Positions 9,856 through 19,293 of a stretch of DNA of 64,000 nt are shown piece by piece. Where the stretch lies: NCBI GenBank assembly GCA_964386355.1, contig CAYLQQ010000003.1, positions 69,880-133,879 of the forward strand, in the 5' to 3' direction. Within the stretch, counting starts at the first letter, position 1, and every line of letters starts with the position of its first letter. The position numbers and the translations under genes were made by a program. The notes under the pieces are model-generated. The model did not search any database. It saw only the letters and a list, made by a program, of their open reading frames with translations, and was not told the DNA's origin. The DNA is from an uncultured Pseudomonadales bacterium (lineage in GTDB: Bacteria; Patescibacteriota; Microgenomatia; UBA1400; UBA1449).

Positions 9856-12800
9856 ATGCCCAAAAAATTTTCAACAGAATCAAATAATGGAGTTTACTGC
9901 GTAATAGTGGGAAGTGGCGATTTTTTGGGATGTGAGCTTGCACGTCAAATGCTGAGTCAGGGTTGTAGAGTTGTGATTGTGGATGATACCTCTGGAAAAA
10001 CTAATAATAACCTACAACAACTGAAAGAAAATTCAAATTTATCAGTTTTATCCACATCAAATAAAGATTTAGAGATTTTGTTTTCAACTAAACCTGACTA
10101 CATATTTTACCTAGAATTGATTGATTTATATGAACACAGAGATCCTAAGTATATATATCAGGAAACGTATCGCAAATTGGGATTTGAGCGGTACATGAGT
10201 TGGTGTCAAAAAGCTGAAGCAAAACTTCTATTGGGGTGTATTGAATCATTGTATGAAGAAAACGCTTCCTTAGTTAAAGGAAAAGATGTTGGAGATAAAA
10301 CAGAGAGATATTGGGAAATTCAGGAAAAATTTGAATCCCTTGTTTTTGCCTACAGCAAAGCACACGCATTGGATGTGCGTATAGTTCGCATCACGGAGCC
10401 TAGTGGAGCTGGAATGTCCATCGCTTCCAGCAATCCAATTACTAAGTGCTATATTTCAGCCGTGAAACAGGGATGTGTTGAGGTTGTTGGAGATGGAAAT
10501 CAGCTACTATATCCAACCCACATTAGTGACATAGCCTTTGGCATGATAAAGGCTATGTTTTCGCAGAGTTCAAACGGGAAAATGTATGCTCTGGTCAATA
10601 AGGAGGGTTTGTCTTTATTTAATCTCGTAAAATTTATTGAGCAAGCCCTGGGAAAGTCTATACGCATAGTTAACACATTCGAAAAAGAAATTACAGAAAA
10701 ACAAGGATTAACTCAGGCAATGTTGCTTAGTCAGGAAGTGCTTGGATGGTTTCCGCGCTGTAATATTAATACAATCCTACAAAATACGTTTGAGTGGTTA
10801 GGTAAGTCTGTGTCTGTAGACCATCAATATCAACAACCCACCACCCAGACAGTAGCTGAAACTCTCTCTATAAATAATTTACCAATAAAACACAAAGCAT
10901 CTCAAGCAACTGAGGATGGTTATGACTCTAAAAACAGTGACTCTTTTGATAGGATAAATGTTCATAGATTACAAGATGAAGAAGGGAAATTTGATAATCC
11001 CAAGAAATCCCAACCAAACACTGAGCTGCTTATAAACAAAAATTCTAAAAACAAGTTACCTGTGTTTACTATACAGCCGCCAGTACAGATAACCTCACCG
11101 TTTAGTAATGTAATAGGGAGATTGCCTGGCTTTACGGGAATTGCTCATACATCAACCAGGTATGTAATATTTGGCTTTGTGATGATTTTGTTGCTATTTA
11201 TTCTTCCGCAACTACTATTTATAACTGGTTCAAAAATTGCCCGTAATCACAATATTGCAATAACAAACTCACTATTGAAGTCAACCAGCATTAAACCTGA
11301 CTATTGGACAGATTCCATGCTGGTAATGACTGCAGGAAAAATACTGCCATGGGTAGAGTGGCAGCATGCACTGTTTGGTGTTGATACCACACAACAAGCT
11401 GAAGCGTTGTTGGTATACAAAGATCTGCTCGGAGTAGTTTCTGATGCAAATCAGCTTTTTTTACACACTGAGAAGGTTGTGGATGCGATATTTGGACGGG
11501 ATTCAGTAAATATGGTCAATACATTAGATCAGGCAAAACAGAACACGCTGTCATTGTCAGAAAAACTAGCATTTTTAGAAGCTCGCTATAAAAAAAACGA
11601 ATTACAGGACATGTTAGGAAGTGATATTGGGTTACTGAGAGAGTGGAATGTAAATTGGGGTGAAAGCTTAGTTTTGTTGAGCACCAGCATGCTTAGTGAG
11701 CAGCGCAAGATAATTGCTATAGCCATTCAGGACAGTCTTGAACTACGACCAACGGGGGGATATATGGATTCGATCATGTTTTTAACAATCGAGAAGGGTA
11801 AGCTATTGGATGTGCAGGTAAAAAGCGTTGATGAATTGGATGCGTCGTTACAAGGTGTTGTGCAGCCTCCTGATGATATTGCGCCAGTAATTAATGGCCG
11901 CTTAGGAGAGAAACAGTGGTGGCTTCGTGATGCTAATATGTATGCAAATTTTTATGGAAAAAGTGCTCCGCGAATTGCCTGGTTTATTGAAAAAGAGACG
12001 GGGATCAAAGTTAGTGCTGTGATTGCGGTTGACTCTTATTATTTTAAAGATATTTTACATTTGCTTGGCGGAGTATTTATTCCAGAGCTAAATGAAACCA
12101 TTACAGCCGACAATACACTGGAGCGATTATTCAGCCATGCCACATCAGCCATTGGAAGTAATGGAAACAAGCAGACAAGTTTTTTGCAACTGCTTAGTAT
12201 TAGGCTTGTTGAAAAAATAAAATCTATGCCATCTGATCAGGTGATAGGAATACTTCCGGTAATATCTGAACAGGCAAGAAAAAGACATATTATGGTATAT
12301 GATGAATCTTTTATTGATGATGGTCACCAGCTATGGAAAGGAGAAGTGCCAAAAACTATGTCGCAGGTGGTTGAGTTTGGCGATTTGCATATGCCTGGTT
12401 TTATAATGCCCATTGAAGCTAATGTGGGTATTAATAAAAGCAATTATCATATACAAAGAAACCTTGCTGCTAATGTCAAATTGGGAAATACAGGCTCTTC
12501 AGATATACAAGTAAAATATGAATTAAACAATATGAGCCAGACAGAAATGTGGCCATCAGGGAGCTATAAATCCATGGTTTGGTTATATCTTTCTCAAAAT
12601 GCAAACATAAAGAAAGTGGGCGTTACAAATGATAATTTTGAGTACATAGAACTTAAATCAACTGAAATAGAAATAGTTGAAGAGGGTGATAAAAAACGCG
12701 TTGGTTTTTATATTGAGGTACCTCCATTGTCAAAACGTACCATACAGATTGAATATGGCATGGAGGGATCTCAAAAAGATATAAAAAACGTTTCAATGTT

Positions 12801-12972
12801 TATTGCTAAACAATCGGGTGTCGGTGTTATGCCCGTACAGTTAGTGATTGAGTATCCCCCTTTATGGAGACCGGAAAAAATTACACACCAGACAGAGACT
12901 GGCAGTGGATCTTTGAAGCTAGTTAAAGATATTGAAACAGATTTGTTCTTTGCCGTTTCATTTTCTCGATAA
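9856..12972 (+). CDS. Fusion protein: N-terminal NAD(P)-binding epimerase/dehydratase-like Rossmann domain, one TM segment, and a large extracytoplasmic domain containing an LRPTGGYMDS motif (possibly DUF4012-like)
   Basis: VIVGSGDFLGCELARQMLSQGCRVVIVDD matches a GxxGxxG Rossmann fold. A hydrophobic segment follows (YVIFGFVMILLLFILPQLLFI), then about 580 aa of soluble domain. The DUF4012 assignment is from memory of the family motif. Confidence 0.45.
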   Translation: MPKKFSTESNNGVYCVIVGSGDFLGCELARQMLSQGCRVVIVDDTSGKTNNNLQQLKENSNLSVLSTSNKDLEILFSTKPDYIFYLELIDLYEHRDPKYIYQETYRKLGFERYMSWCQKAEAKLLLGCIESLYEENASLVKGKDVGDKTERYWEIQEKFESLVFAYSKAHALDVRIVRITEPSGAGMSIASSNPITKCYISAVKQGCVEVVGDGNQLLYPTHISDIAFGMIKAMFSQSSNGKMYALVNKEGLSLFNLVKFIEQALGKSIRIVNTFEKEITEKQGLTQAMLLSQEVLGWFPRCNINTILQNTFEWLGKSVSVDHQYQQPTTQTVAETLSINNLPIKHKASQATEDGYDSKNSDSFDRINVHRLQDEEGKFDNPKKSQPNTELLINKNSKNKLPVFTIQPPVQITSPFSNVIGRLPGFTGIAHTSTRYVIFGFVMILLLFILPQLLFITGSKIARNHNIAITNSLLKSTSIKPDYWTDSMLVMTAGKILPWVEWQHALFGVDTTQQAEALLVYKDLLGVVSDANQLFLHTEKVVDAIFGRDSVNMVNTLDQAKQNTLSLSEKLAFLEARYKKNELQDMLGSDIGLLREWNVNWGESLVLLSTSMLSEQRKIIAIAIQDSLELRPTGGYMDSIMFLTIEKGKLLDVQVKSVDELDASLQGVVQPPDDIAPVINGRLGEKQWWLRDANMYANFYGKSAPRIAWFIEKETGIKVSAVIAVDSYYFKDILHLLGGVFIPELNETITADNTLERLFSHATSAIGSNGNKQTSFLQLLSIRLVEKIKSMPSDQVIGILPVISEQARKRHIMVYDESFIDDGHQLWKGEVPKTMSQVVEFGDLHMPGFIMPIEANVGINKSNYHIQRNLAANVKLGNTGSSDIQVKYELNNMSQTEMWPSGSYKSMVWLYLSQNANIKKVGVTNDNFEYIELKSTEIEIVEEGDKKRVGFYIEVPPLSKRTIQIEYGMEGSQKDIKNVSMFIAKQSGVGVMPVQLVIEYPPLWRPEKITHQTETGSGSLKLVKDIETDLFFAVSFSR

Positions 12973-13047
12973 ATCTGATAAAATCTACTCTCGAAAATAG
13001 AACTTTTGTATGTTTAGATTTTGGTGTGTAGTAGGGTGATAACCCAA

Positions 13048-13075
13048 CTACTATCTACTATCTACTAACTACTAA
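13048..13075. repeat. Heptanucleotide tandem repeat (CTACTAW)x4 ending 5 bp upstream of the rplY start
   Basis: ctactat ctactat ctactaa ctactaa, read directly from the sequence. Confidence 0.8.
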
Positions 13076-13079
13076 TTGT

Positions 13080-13754
13080 ATGGTTGATAAAATTTCGCTT
13101 ACTGCTCAAAAACGAGAAGTTTTCGGTAGACAGGTAAAAAAACTTCGCAAAGATAAACTGATCCCTGCTAATGTATTTGGAAGCCATATTAATTCAGTGG
13201 CTCTTAGCATATCATTTGACGAGTTTCGGCGCGCATATAGTCAGGCTGGAGAAAGCTCCATCGTGTACCTAGCCATTGAAGGGGAGCCCAAAAACCGTCC
13301 TGTATTGATCAGACCTCCGCAGCTTCACCCAATTACCAGACAGGTTCTACACATTGACTTGCGCCAGGTTAATTTAAAAGAGAAAATTAAAACAATGATA
13401 GACCTGGTTTTGGTTGGGGAAGCACCCGCCCAAACCCAAGGAGCTTTGATTATTCAGCTTAGGGATCAGGTTGAGGTTGAGGCACTACCAACAGATCTGC
13501 CTGAACAAATTGAGGTTGATATTACCAAGCTAGAAAACATTGACGACACAATAGTTGCAAGTGAATTGCAAATAGACCGAACCAAAATAGAAATACAACT
13601 AGAGGACGAAGAGGTAATTGTCAAGGCTGAAGCGCCTAAAGAAGAAGTTGAAGAGGTTGCAGCAGACGAAGCAGCTGCAGAAGGTGAAACAGATGAAGCT
13701 CAGACAGAGCAGGAGAGTGGAGAAAACTCAGAGGAAAAGCCGGCTTCAGAATAA
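13080..13754 (+). CDS. rplY: 50S ribosomal protein L25 / general stress protein Ctc, with an acidic C-terminal tail
   Basis: The N-terminus AQKREVFGRQVKKLRKDKLIPANVFG matches the L25 family. Long E/A-rich C-terminus. Confidence 0.8.
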   Translation: MVDKISLTAQKREVFGRQVKKLRKDKLIPANVFGSHINSVALSISFDEFRRAYSQAGESSIVYLAIEGEPKNRPVLIRPPQLHPITRQVLHIDLRQVNLKEKIKTMIDLVLVGEAPAQTQGALIIQLRDQVEVEALPTDLPEQIEVDITKLENIDDTIVASELQIDRTKIEIQLEDEEVIVKAEAPKEEVEEVAADEAAAEGETDEAQTEQESGENSEEKPASE

Positions 13755-13776
13755 ACATCTAGTGAAAACAAATTAA

Positions 13777-13808
13777 GGGACAAGCTCACAAGGCCTGTCC
13801 CTTTTTTA
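13777..13808 (+). terminator. Rho-independent terminator after rplY
   Basis: GGGACAAG...CTTGTCCC-like stem (gggacaagctcacaaggcctgtccc) followed by TTTTTT. Confidence 0.6.
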
Positions 13809-13826
13809 TGGATAGAGCCAGTTGAT

Positions 13827-14810
13827 TTATTTTGTAGCTACATACTCAGGTGAGTTCCATAGTGGATTTAGCCATTGAGTCTGCTGAAGAGTTGAGTAGT
13901 GTTTTTGTGTATCATACAATTCCTGTTCATAATGAGATTTAAGTGCTAACAGCTGCCAACTATAAGGGTATTTGTCTAATAGTTGGGCAAGTCTAGCAAG
14001 TTGTTCACGTCGTCTCTGAGGAGATTGTAGTAAAGTTTCTGTCTCGTTAAGTGTATTCTTGTATAGCAGCGTACTTATTGGATGAGAAAGTTGTATGTAC
14101 TGTTTAGCTCTTTCAAGCGCTACCCTTGATTCTTCTTCTTGGTTACGTAAAAAATATTGCTTACTTAAGTTAAGCCAGCTACTGGGCAGGGCAGGGTATT
14201 TGTTTATGTTTTTTGTGTAAGGAAATCTTGAATAAAGTTTATTTATATGTGATGTATGGTATGTTTGATTTATAAGCAGTAGGGTTATTATCGTTAAGCA
14301 GGAATAGTACCTCCATCCCCATAATCGACCCGTTACATTTACGCGTTTTCTTATTGTATTCCCAAATTTGAATAACAGTTTATAGTTACTTAATTTGTTT
14401 CGAATGTGTTTTATTGCCCCATAGTGCTTTACTGGTTTTCCATTAAAGCCCGACATAATCACCCTTAGTTTTGGAATGTATGTATCTACTAGTAAGTTAT
14501 GTATGGTATGCAGAATTTGCTTAGGTGTGGTATGTGCTCCAGCCAGTTTGGTATTTTTTGGTTTTACCTGAACTTGTTTGATCTTTTCAATGTTTGTTTG
14601 TGTAGTTTTTGGGGAGTTTTTATCAGTATTGGTAGAACTAATATCTACTGGACTCTCTTGATTGCATGGTTTTACTGGTTCTTTATGTTCATGTGTGATG
14701 GTGCTTACTGTACGTTTAATTATAGAAAATCTATTACGCCATCGTTCTTTCTTTTCTTGGTGTTGCTTGCGTTTCTCTATTAGTTTTCGTCTAGGAGTGT
14801 ATTGTGGCAA
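13827..14810 (-). CDS. Hypothetical basic protein
   Basis: ORF of 327 aa; no motif recognised. Confidence 0.35.
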   Translation of the reverse strand: MPQYTPRRKLIEKRKQHQEKKERWRNRFSIIKRTVSTITHEHKEPVKPCNQESPVDISSTNTDKNSPKTTQTNIEKIKQVQVKPKNTKLAGAHTTPKQILHTIHNLLVDTYIPKLRVIMSGFNGKPVKHYGAIKHIRNKLSNYKLLFKFGNTIRKRVNVTGRLWGWRYYSCLTIITLLLINQTYHTSHINKLYSRFPYTKNINKYPALPSSWLNLSKQYFLRNQEEESRVALERAKQYIQLSHPISTLLYKNTLNETETLLQSPQRRREQLARLAQLLDKYPYSWQLLALKSHYEQELYDTQKHYSTLQQTQWLNPLWNSPEYVATK

Positions 14811-14882
14811 TGTGTATGTTGTAGTTTGTAGGTTGTGAATGTGAGTGTCTAAAACAACCCTACTAACTACTTGGTGTATTAA

Positions 14883-15599
14883 CTATTTACTGTTCCCACC
14901 AAATCTTCTATCCCTTGAAGAAAAATCTCGTAAAATTTCATCAAATTCTTTGATACTAAAATCTGGCATAAGCGTTTTTGTAAAATACAATTCGCTGTAC
15001 TGACACTGCCATGGTAAATAGCCCGAAAGACGGACATCCCCGCCAGTTCTGATAATAATATCAGGGTCAGGCATGTCATACGTATCAAGATATTGGCCAA
15101 AATCACGCTCTGTTAACTGGTTAACCATATCGGGATTAAATTTAGGAGATTGGATCATTTTTTTCATAGCCCTGATTATTTCATCCCTTCCGCCATAGTT
15201 TATGGCAATTGTAACCGTTAGCCGATGTTTGTCGTGAGATCTGTTTTTTAAATTGATTAATTTATTTTGAAGATTGACTGGTAGTTTTGAAATATCACCA
15301 ATGGTATTGAACTTAACCCCAGCTTCTTCATATTTCTGGGTATTTTTATCCAGAGCATAGCCGAGCAAATTAAACAGTTTGTTGACAAACTCCGCCCCCC
15401 GCCTCCAGTTTTCAGTCGAGAATGCCCAAAAAGTAATGTATGGAATACCCAACTCAAGGCTGTGGCAGACTATATTATCAAGGGTTGTATCAACGACGCG
15501 CCTATGTCCTGCAATGCTGGGGAGGTGGTGTTGTTTTGCCCATCGACGGTTGCCATCGACGATAAAGGCGACATGTTTTGGTAGTTGGGAATTCTCCAT
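14883..15599 (-). CDS. uppS: Undecaprenyl diphosphate synthase (cis-isoprenyl transferase)
   Basis: HVAFIVDGNRRWA, ITFWAFSTENWRR and RTGGDVRLSGYLPWQ are hallmark UPPS motifs. Confidence 0.9.
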   Translation of the reverse strand: MENSQLPKHVAFIVDGNRRWAKQHHLPSIAGHRRVVDTTLDNIVCHSLELGIPYITFWAFSTENWRRGAEFVNKLFNLLGYALDKNTQKYEEAGVKFNTIGDISKLPVNLQNKLINLKNRSHDKHRLTVTIAINYGGRDEIIRAMKKMIQSPKFNPDMVNQLTERDFGQYLDTYDMPDPDIIIRTGGDVRLSGYLPWQCQYSELYFTKTLMPDFSIKEFDEILRDFSSRDRRFGGNSK

Positions 15600-15733
15600 A
15601 TGGAGAGCATTATACTGCGCTCATGAAAAAAAAACGACCAAAGTATAAGAAGAGCTAATTAATTAGTTTACGTCAGGCAGTTTATTGGAATTACTTAATC
15701 TTTATATACATAAGATTAAGTAGGGTGTTAGTA

Positions 15734-16120
15734 TCACGGGTTTGATAGTTTTACAGCACCAAAACCCAGGTTGATACCAAAAATAAGTTCCAATAGCTGC
15801 ATAATCCAGTAAGCTAGAAAAATAATGACAAAACCTACTATAGTAGAGGTCATCATAGACTTACCCTTTTGCATCTTGTCCTTGTTTCCAACTGCAGTAA
15901 GTAGGGTAAAACCTGCAGATACAAACAGTACGAATAAAACGATGCCCGCAAAAGCAAAAATGTAGGGAGTAAAAGCTGTGATCATCTGTCCGATTGTTTG
16001 ATTGCTGTTAAACAGGCCTGCGCCAACCTTTGGCAGATCAGCTGGAGCATTATTACCGATAGGATCCGGCACTGGTTTGCCTGGGATTCCCGGTAGTGAA
16101 AAAGCAAGTATATCAGCCAT
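15734..16120 (-). CDS. Small VirB2/TrbC-like pilin-fold membrane protein (TM-hairpin)
   Basis: Two C-terminal TM helices separated by a short charged loop (GNKDKMQKGKSMM). Paralogous to the C-terminus of the adjacent gene. Confidence 0.4.
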   Translation of the reverse strand: MADILAFSLPGIPGKPVPDPIGNNAPADLPKVGAGLFNSNQTIGQMITAFTPYIFAFAGIVLFVLFVSAGFTLLTAVGNKDKMQKGKSMMTSTIVGFVIIFLAYWIMQLLELIFGINLGFGAVKLSNP

Positions 16121-16126
16121 ATGTTT

Positions 16127-17254
16127 TTATCTGCTAAATCCTGGAATTTGTAATATGTCTGTCCCTATGAGTTGGAGTAAAAACACAGAGAATATGATAA
16201 ATACCAAACCAGCTCCTGCGGAAACAAACATCTCTTTACCATTTTTAAGCTTTTCGGGATCACCCGCAGATGTCATGAGTTGAAATGAAGCAAACGCCAT
16301 AAGTAAAAAGGCAATACCACCGCCAAGGCCTATTCCCCATCGAAGCACCCAGCCTATCAATGGAATGGGTTCGTAGGGGATACAACCAAGCGCAGTTTTT
16401 ACACCAGGTTGTGTGGAATCATTATTATAAAAACATGTGTCAGGCTTTATTTTTACCGGAGGACCTTCTGTTGTATTTGTATCCTCAACAGTATCATCTT
16501 CAGGATTACAGACCTCAAGCTTGGTAAATCCGCTTTCGCAGACAATAGAGTCATTATTTTCTAATACTAATTTATGTTGAGTTAGGGAAAGCGAACTGAT
16601 ATCAATTTGTGCGGGAGGGCTTATCGATCCGTTTGATATGTTTACTTTTGTAGCAAAAGCTCTATTATCTATGCGAATAACAAATGGATTGAAAAAACTT
16701 GAATCAACTGGTTGACCCCCCTCTGTAACATTATTGCTAATAACTGTAATATTTTTTGTAGTTAAATCAAAACATGTTTTTGTACCGGCTGCGTTTGTAT
16801 CTGGAGTAATGGTAAGGCTTTCACAGGAGGGATTGACCTGGCCTCGCTTAATCGTATAAAAAGAATGACAAAGTTGTGTGCTACCATCACCGGTATATAC
16901 CCACACTATTCGTTGCCCACTTCTATACCCAAACTCACCAAAAAAGAGTTGTATAGCTCTACTATCAGTGATTGTGACGGGAATGTTATTTTGAACATTC
17001 TGTTCGTAGCGGTTTAGTACGCAGCCATTAATAACGGGATCGCAATTAATTAATACTTTATAAGTTGGCTGTCTTCCGCTGACGGTAAGTTTCATGTTTG
17101 GGGTTACTCGACTATATATTGGATCTGGTTCAACCTGTACTTGGATGTTTGCATCGGCGCATAAAGGGGAGGCATGTATGCGCGAGAGGCTTTCTGTCAA
17201 CAATAAAGTGATGAAGACCAAAGAAATAATAATTCTAACACCTCTTTTAAGCAT
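16127..17254 (-). CDS. Secreted Cys-rich ectodomain protein with a C-terminal VirB2/TrbC-like pilin-fold TM-hairpin; many NxS/T sequons
   Basis: Signal peptide. About 290-aa ectodomain with at least 12 Cys and NITV/NVTE/NISN/NGSI/NDST/NTTE sequons. C-terminal TM-loop(AGDPEKLKNGKEMF)-TM matches the downstream 128-aa protein. Confidence 0.4.
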   Translation of the reverse strand: MLKRGVRIIISLVFITLLLTESLSRIHASPLCADANIQVQVEPDPIYSRVTPNMKLTVSGRQPTYKVLINCDPVINGCVLNRYEQNVQNNIPVTITDSRAIQLFFGEFGYRSGQRIVWVYTGDGSTQLCHSFYTIKRGQVNPSCESLTITPDTNAAGTKTCFDLTTKNITVISNNVTEGGQPVDSSFFNPFVIRIDNRAFATKVNISNGSISPPAQIDISSLSLTQHKLVLENNDSIVCESGFTKLEVCNPEDDTVEDTNTTEGPPVKIKPDTCFYNNDSTQPGVKTALGCIPYEPIPLIGWVLRWGIGLGGGIAFLLMAFASFQLMTSAGDPEKLKNGKEMFVSAGAGLVFIIFSVFLLQLIGTDILQIPGFSR

Positions 17255-17450
17255 ACAATAAACTTAAAACCTTCCTTTGAATAATTAGGATTATTATCTC
17301 ATACTCACTAAAAAAATTGCAGAGGAGGAATATTCGTTGTCCTGCAGAGCTGGATTCCGCTTCGCTCATTGCTTGTTGGTTTTTAGCTAAGAGCTTGATT
17401 TCATAACGTAGGCTTATGTGGATGCGCTACAATAGGAACGAGAGCAATCT

Positions 17451-19235
17451 ATGAACAGAAAGTTACAAGTATCAATTTACAAGTATCAATTTAGAGGCAT
17501 GAAAAGATGTGTCTCAATAATTGCTATTTTGGCGCTTTCCATTACTACTTACTACTTACTACTTACTACTAGTTCTAAAGCTGATGAGTTAGAGGATATT
17601 GGTAAACAAATCGTAGAACTAGAACAAGCTAAAAAGATGAGTGAGGATGCAACTAAACCTCTGGAGATTGAGGCGGGACAGATCGAATTGCGTTTGCGGG
17701 CTATCCAATCGAGTATGGATAGGGCCGCTGAAAATATTAAAAACCTGGAAAAAGATATACAAAAACGAGAAAAAGACCTATCATATCAATATGAATTACT
17801 CTCTATCCGTGCTGAAAACTTATATAAGCAATTGCGCATGCCTAGAGAACTATTAGCTTTCTTTAGTCAGGGATCATTAGGGAGTATTGCCCGCCATTTG
17901 GGGTATCAGCGAGCAGTTGCCAGGCAAGATAAAGATGAAATTATTTCAATTTCGTCAGATTTGACTGATCTTGAGCAGGATAAGCAGAAAGTTGAGCAAG
18001 ACAAGAAAACGCTTGAGAATCTAGGGGAGCGGCTCAAACCCCAACTGGCTTTTTTTCAAAAAGAAATTGAGGGAGCTAAGGCTTACCAGCGCTCACTTGG
18101 GCAAAAAATTACAGAGCTGAGTGTAAAGCAGAAAGAATTATTGGCTAAAAAAACAGAAACATTCCAGACTTCAGTTGGAAGTGTACCTTTAGCTGATGAC
18201 CCTGCTTCCCAACCCGGCTATAACCCAGGATTTTCACCTGCGTTTGCAGCGTTCTCATTTGGTGCTCCCCACTTTAAGGGAATGAGCCAGTATGGTGCGT
18301 ATGGTCGGGCCAAAGAAGGGCAGAGTGTTGAGGATATTCTCAGGGCTTACTATGGGGGTGGTATAGAGATTAAAAAAGATTATGATACCAATATCCAAAT
18401 CAAGGTCGATGGGTATGGTAGTTACTCTTTAGAAGAATATGCCAAGCGGATTTATGAAGTACCAAACGGATGGGGTGATAATGGTGGTATGGCGGCCTTG
18501 CGAGCCCAGGCTGTAGCAGCACGATCGTATGCTTTAGCTCGGACCAATAATGGATCAGGATCAATTTGTGCCACAGAAGCTTGCCAGGTATTCAAACCCG
18601 AGCCAAAAGGAGGCAACTGGGAGCAGGCTGTCAATGATACAAAAGGGTGGGTTTTGATGGCCAATGGGCAGCCATTTTCTGCTTGGTATGCCTCTACGTC
18701 CGGAGGTTATCAGGAAAGCTATAGCCACAATGGTTATAGTACGCCAGGATTTTGGGATACAAAAAATGGCCGTTCAGGATGGACGAACGACGCCTATGAA
18801 AAAATTGGTGGATCGCCCTGGTTTTATAAAGCTTGGTATCGTACCAGGGGAGGGACCACCTGCGGACGTTCCCATCCTTGGTTAAATAGTGATGAGTTTT
18901 CTGATATTGTGAATGCGCTGATTGTATATAAAGCAGATAATGGCACACAAGGACATTTATCTCAGACCGATTCATCCTGTTTTGGCGAATCTATTCCCGA
19001 TACCTGGTCGCGTGAGCAGTTGCGGAATGAGGCCAACAATAGAGGGGGTGCTGTATCATCCGTAAGCTCTGTTTCAGTAACATATAGTAACTCTGGCGTT
19101 ACAGCTGAGGTTGCTGTTGGTACAAACCGTGGCACCTTACGTTTTAGTGGTGATGAATTCTATAAAATATTTAATTTACGTGCTCCCGGAGCCATTCATC
19201 TCACATCAGGATTATTTAATATCGAAAAAAAGTAG
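17451..19235 (+). CDS. SpoIID/LytB-domain protein (peptidoglycan remodelling) with an N-terminal signal/TM segment and a long coiled-coil
   Basis: AQAVAARSYAL and CATEACQVF match the SpoIID/LytB signature. About 200 aa of heptad-like coiled coil at the N-terminus, as in EnvC/M23 activators. Confidence 0.7.
   Translation: MNRKLQVSIYKYQFRGMKRCVSIIAILALSITTYYLLLTTSSKADELEDIGKQIVELEQAKKMSEDATKPLEIEAGQIELRLRAIQSSMDRAAENIKNLEKDIQKREKDLSYQYELLSIRAENLYKQLRMPRELLAFFSQGSLGSIARHLGYQRAVARQDKDEIISISSDLTDLEQDKQKVEQDKKTLENLGERLKPQLAFFQKEIEGAKAYQRSLGQKITELSVKQKELLAKKTETFQTSVGSVPLADDPASQPGYNPGFSPAFAAFSFGAPHFKGMSQYGAYGRAKEGQSVEDILRAYYGGGIEIKKDYDTNIQIKVDGYGSYSLEEYAKRIYEVPNGWGDNGGMAALRAQAVAARSYALARTNNGSGSICATEACQVFKPEPKGGNWEQAVNDTKGWVLMANGQPFSAWYASTSGGYQESYSHNGYSTPGFWDTKNGRSGWTNDAYEKIGGSPWFYKAWYRTRGGTTCGRSHPWLNSDEFSDIVNALIVYKADNGTQGHLSQTDSSCFGESIPDTWSREQLRNEANNRGGAVSSVSSVSVTYSNSGVTAEVAVGTNRGTLRFSGDEFYKIFNLRAPGAIHLTSGLFNIEKK
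17543..17570. repeat. Heptanucleotide tandem repeat (TACTACT)x4 inside the coding sequence of the SpoIID-like gene (encodes TTYYLLLTT)
   Basis: Read directly: tactact x4. Confidence 0.85.
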
Positions 19236-19293
19236 TATTGGTACATTATGTTGAGTTATGAATAGGTAGATTAAATTCTGATATAATATACAT

